This document shows, one piece after another, positions 63,673 to 64,000 of a stretch of DNA of 64,000 bases. The DNA lies in NCBI GenBank assembly GCA_963777315.1, contig CAVZQC010000004.1, positions 128,001 to 192,000 of the forward strand, in the 5' to 3' direction. The translations under genes were made by a program, and so were the position numbers. Within the stretch, counting starts at the first letter, position 1; each line of letters starts with the position of its first letter. The notes below the pieces were generated by a model. That model did no database searches. It saw only the letters and a program-made list of their open reading frames with translations, and was not told where the DNA came from. The DNA comes from Vulcanimicrobiota bacterium. GTDB lineage: Bacteria > Vulcanimicrobiota > Vulcanimicrobiia > Vulcanimicrobiales > Vulcanimicrobiaceae.

Positions 63673-63868
63673 AAACGCTAGGTAATGGTCGAAGGACTAG
63701 CGCCTATGGGCTGCGTCGCTAGGCACAAAGCCCCCGTGTCCGTACACGAATCCGGCGGGTATTTTTACGAACGTCTGTGGAACGGCAGAAAAAACTAGAA
63801 GCAAGTGAGGGTCTTGAACGATAGAATCGTTCCGCAGCTCGAACGAAGACGAGGTTACGTCTTCGAAG

Positions 63869-64000
63869 GTGTCAGCCGAACTAGAAGAACGAGCCGAAGC
63901 GTTCGTTGTTCGGCGGCGCGCATCGCCTCGGATCGTCCTTTTGGATGAATCATTTGCAATTGCGTTCGCAGAGTGGGATGCCGTAGCGGACGTTCTGGGC
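63869..64000 (+). CDS. Possible 5' part of a hypothetical gene running off the window (not RpoC-like)
   Basis: Open frame 'VSAELEERAEAFVVRRRASPRIVLLDESFAIAFAEWDAVADVLG'. Confidence 0.35.
   Translation, partial: MSAELEERAEAFVVRRRASPRIVLLDESFAIAFAEWDAVADVLG

Overview
High-GC, gene-dense bacterial chromosome segment with no CRISPR array, integrase, transposase or phage module that I can recognise. A TonB-dependent receptor and an outer-membrane-type protein (diderm) occur together with a Firmicutes/Actinobacteria-type LexA box, MutS2 and a compact RpoB core. This suggests a diderm Terrabacteria member such as Ca. Eremiobacterota (inference, not searched). Gene order: 3' part of a TonB-dependent receptor; BlaI repressor + BlaR1/M56 peptidase with a pentapeptide-repeat C-terminus; CBM9/DUF5916-like protein; hydantoinase/oxoprolinase A/B; LexA-boxed imuA-imuB-dnaE2; HAF-repeat lipoprotein; HiPIP; TonB-like protein; ModA-like binding protein; a core block (rlmD, gatCAB, mutS2, tyrS, hslO, aroQ, hup, tRNA-Pro, RNase HI); glycosyltransferases; ltaE; two Crp regulators; DHA2 MFS; SDR; a multicopper oxidase-ZIP transporter fusion; GST; MarC; adenylate cyclase-NB-ARC-TPR; tricorn-like protease; an internally deleted M13 peptidase; and a stand-alone rpoB. 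Best leads: (1) an in-frame fusion of a two-domain multicopper oxidase to a ZIP permease; (2) RpoB with a long acidic tail and basic N-arm, separated from rplL and rpoC; (3) a BlaI/BlaR system with a pentapeptide-repeat sensor and a visible operator; (4) two paralogous ~55-60 aa membrane microproteins; (5) a microhomology-type deletion in the M13 gene. Three long genes carry single +1 frameshifts that may be sequencing errors.
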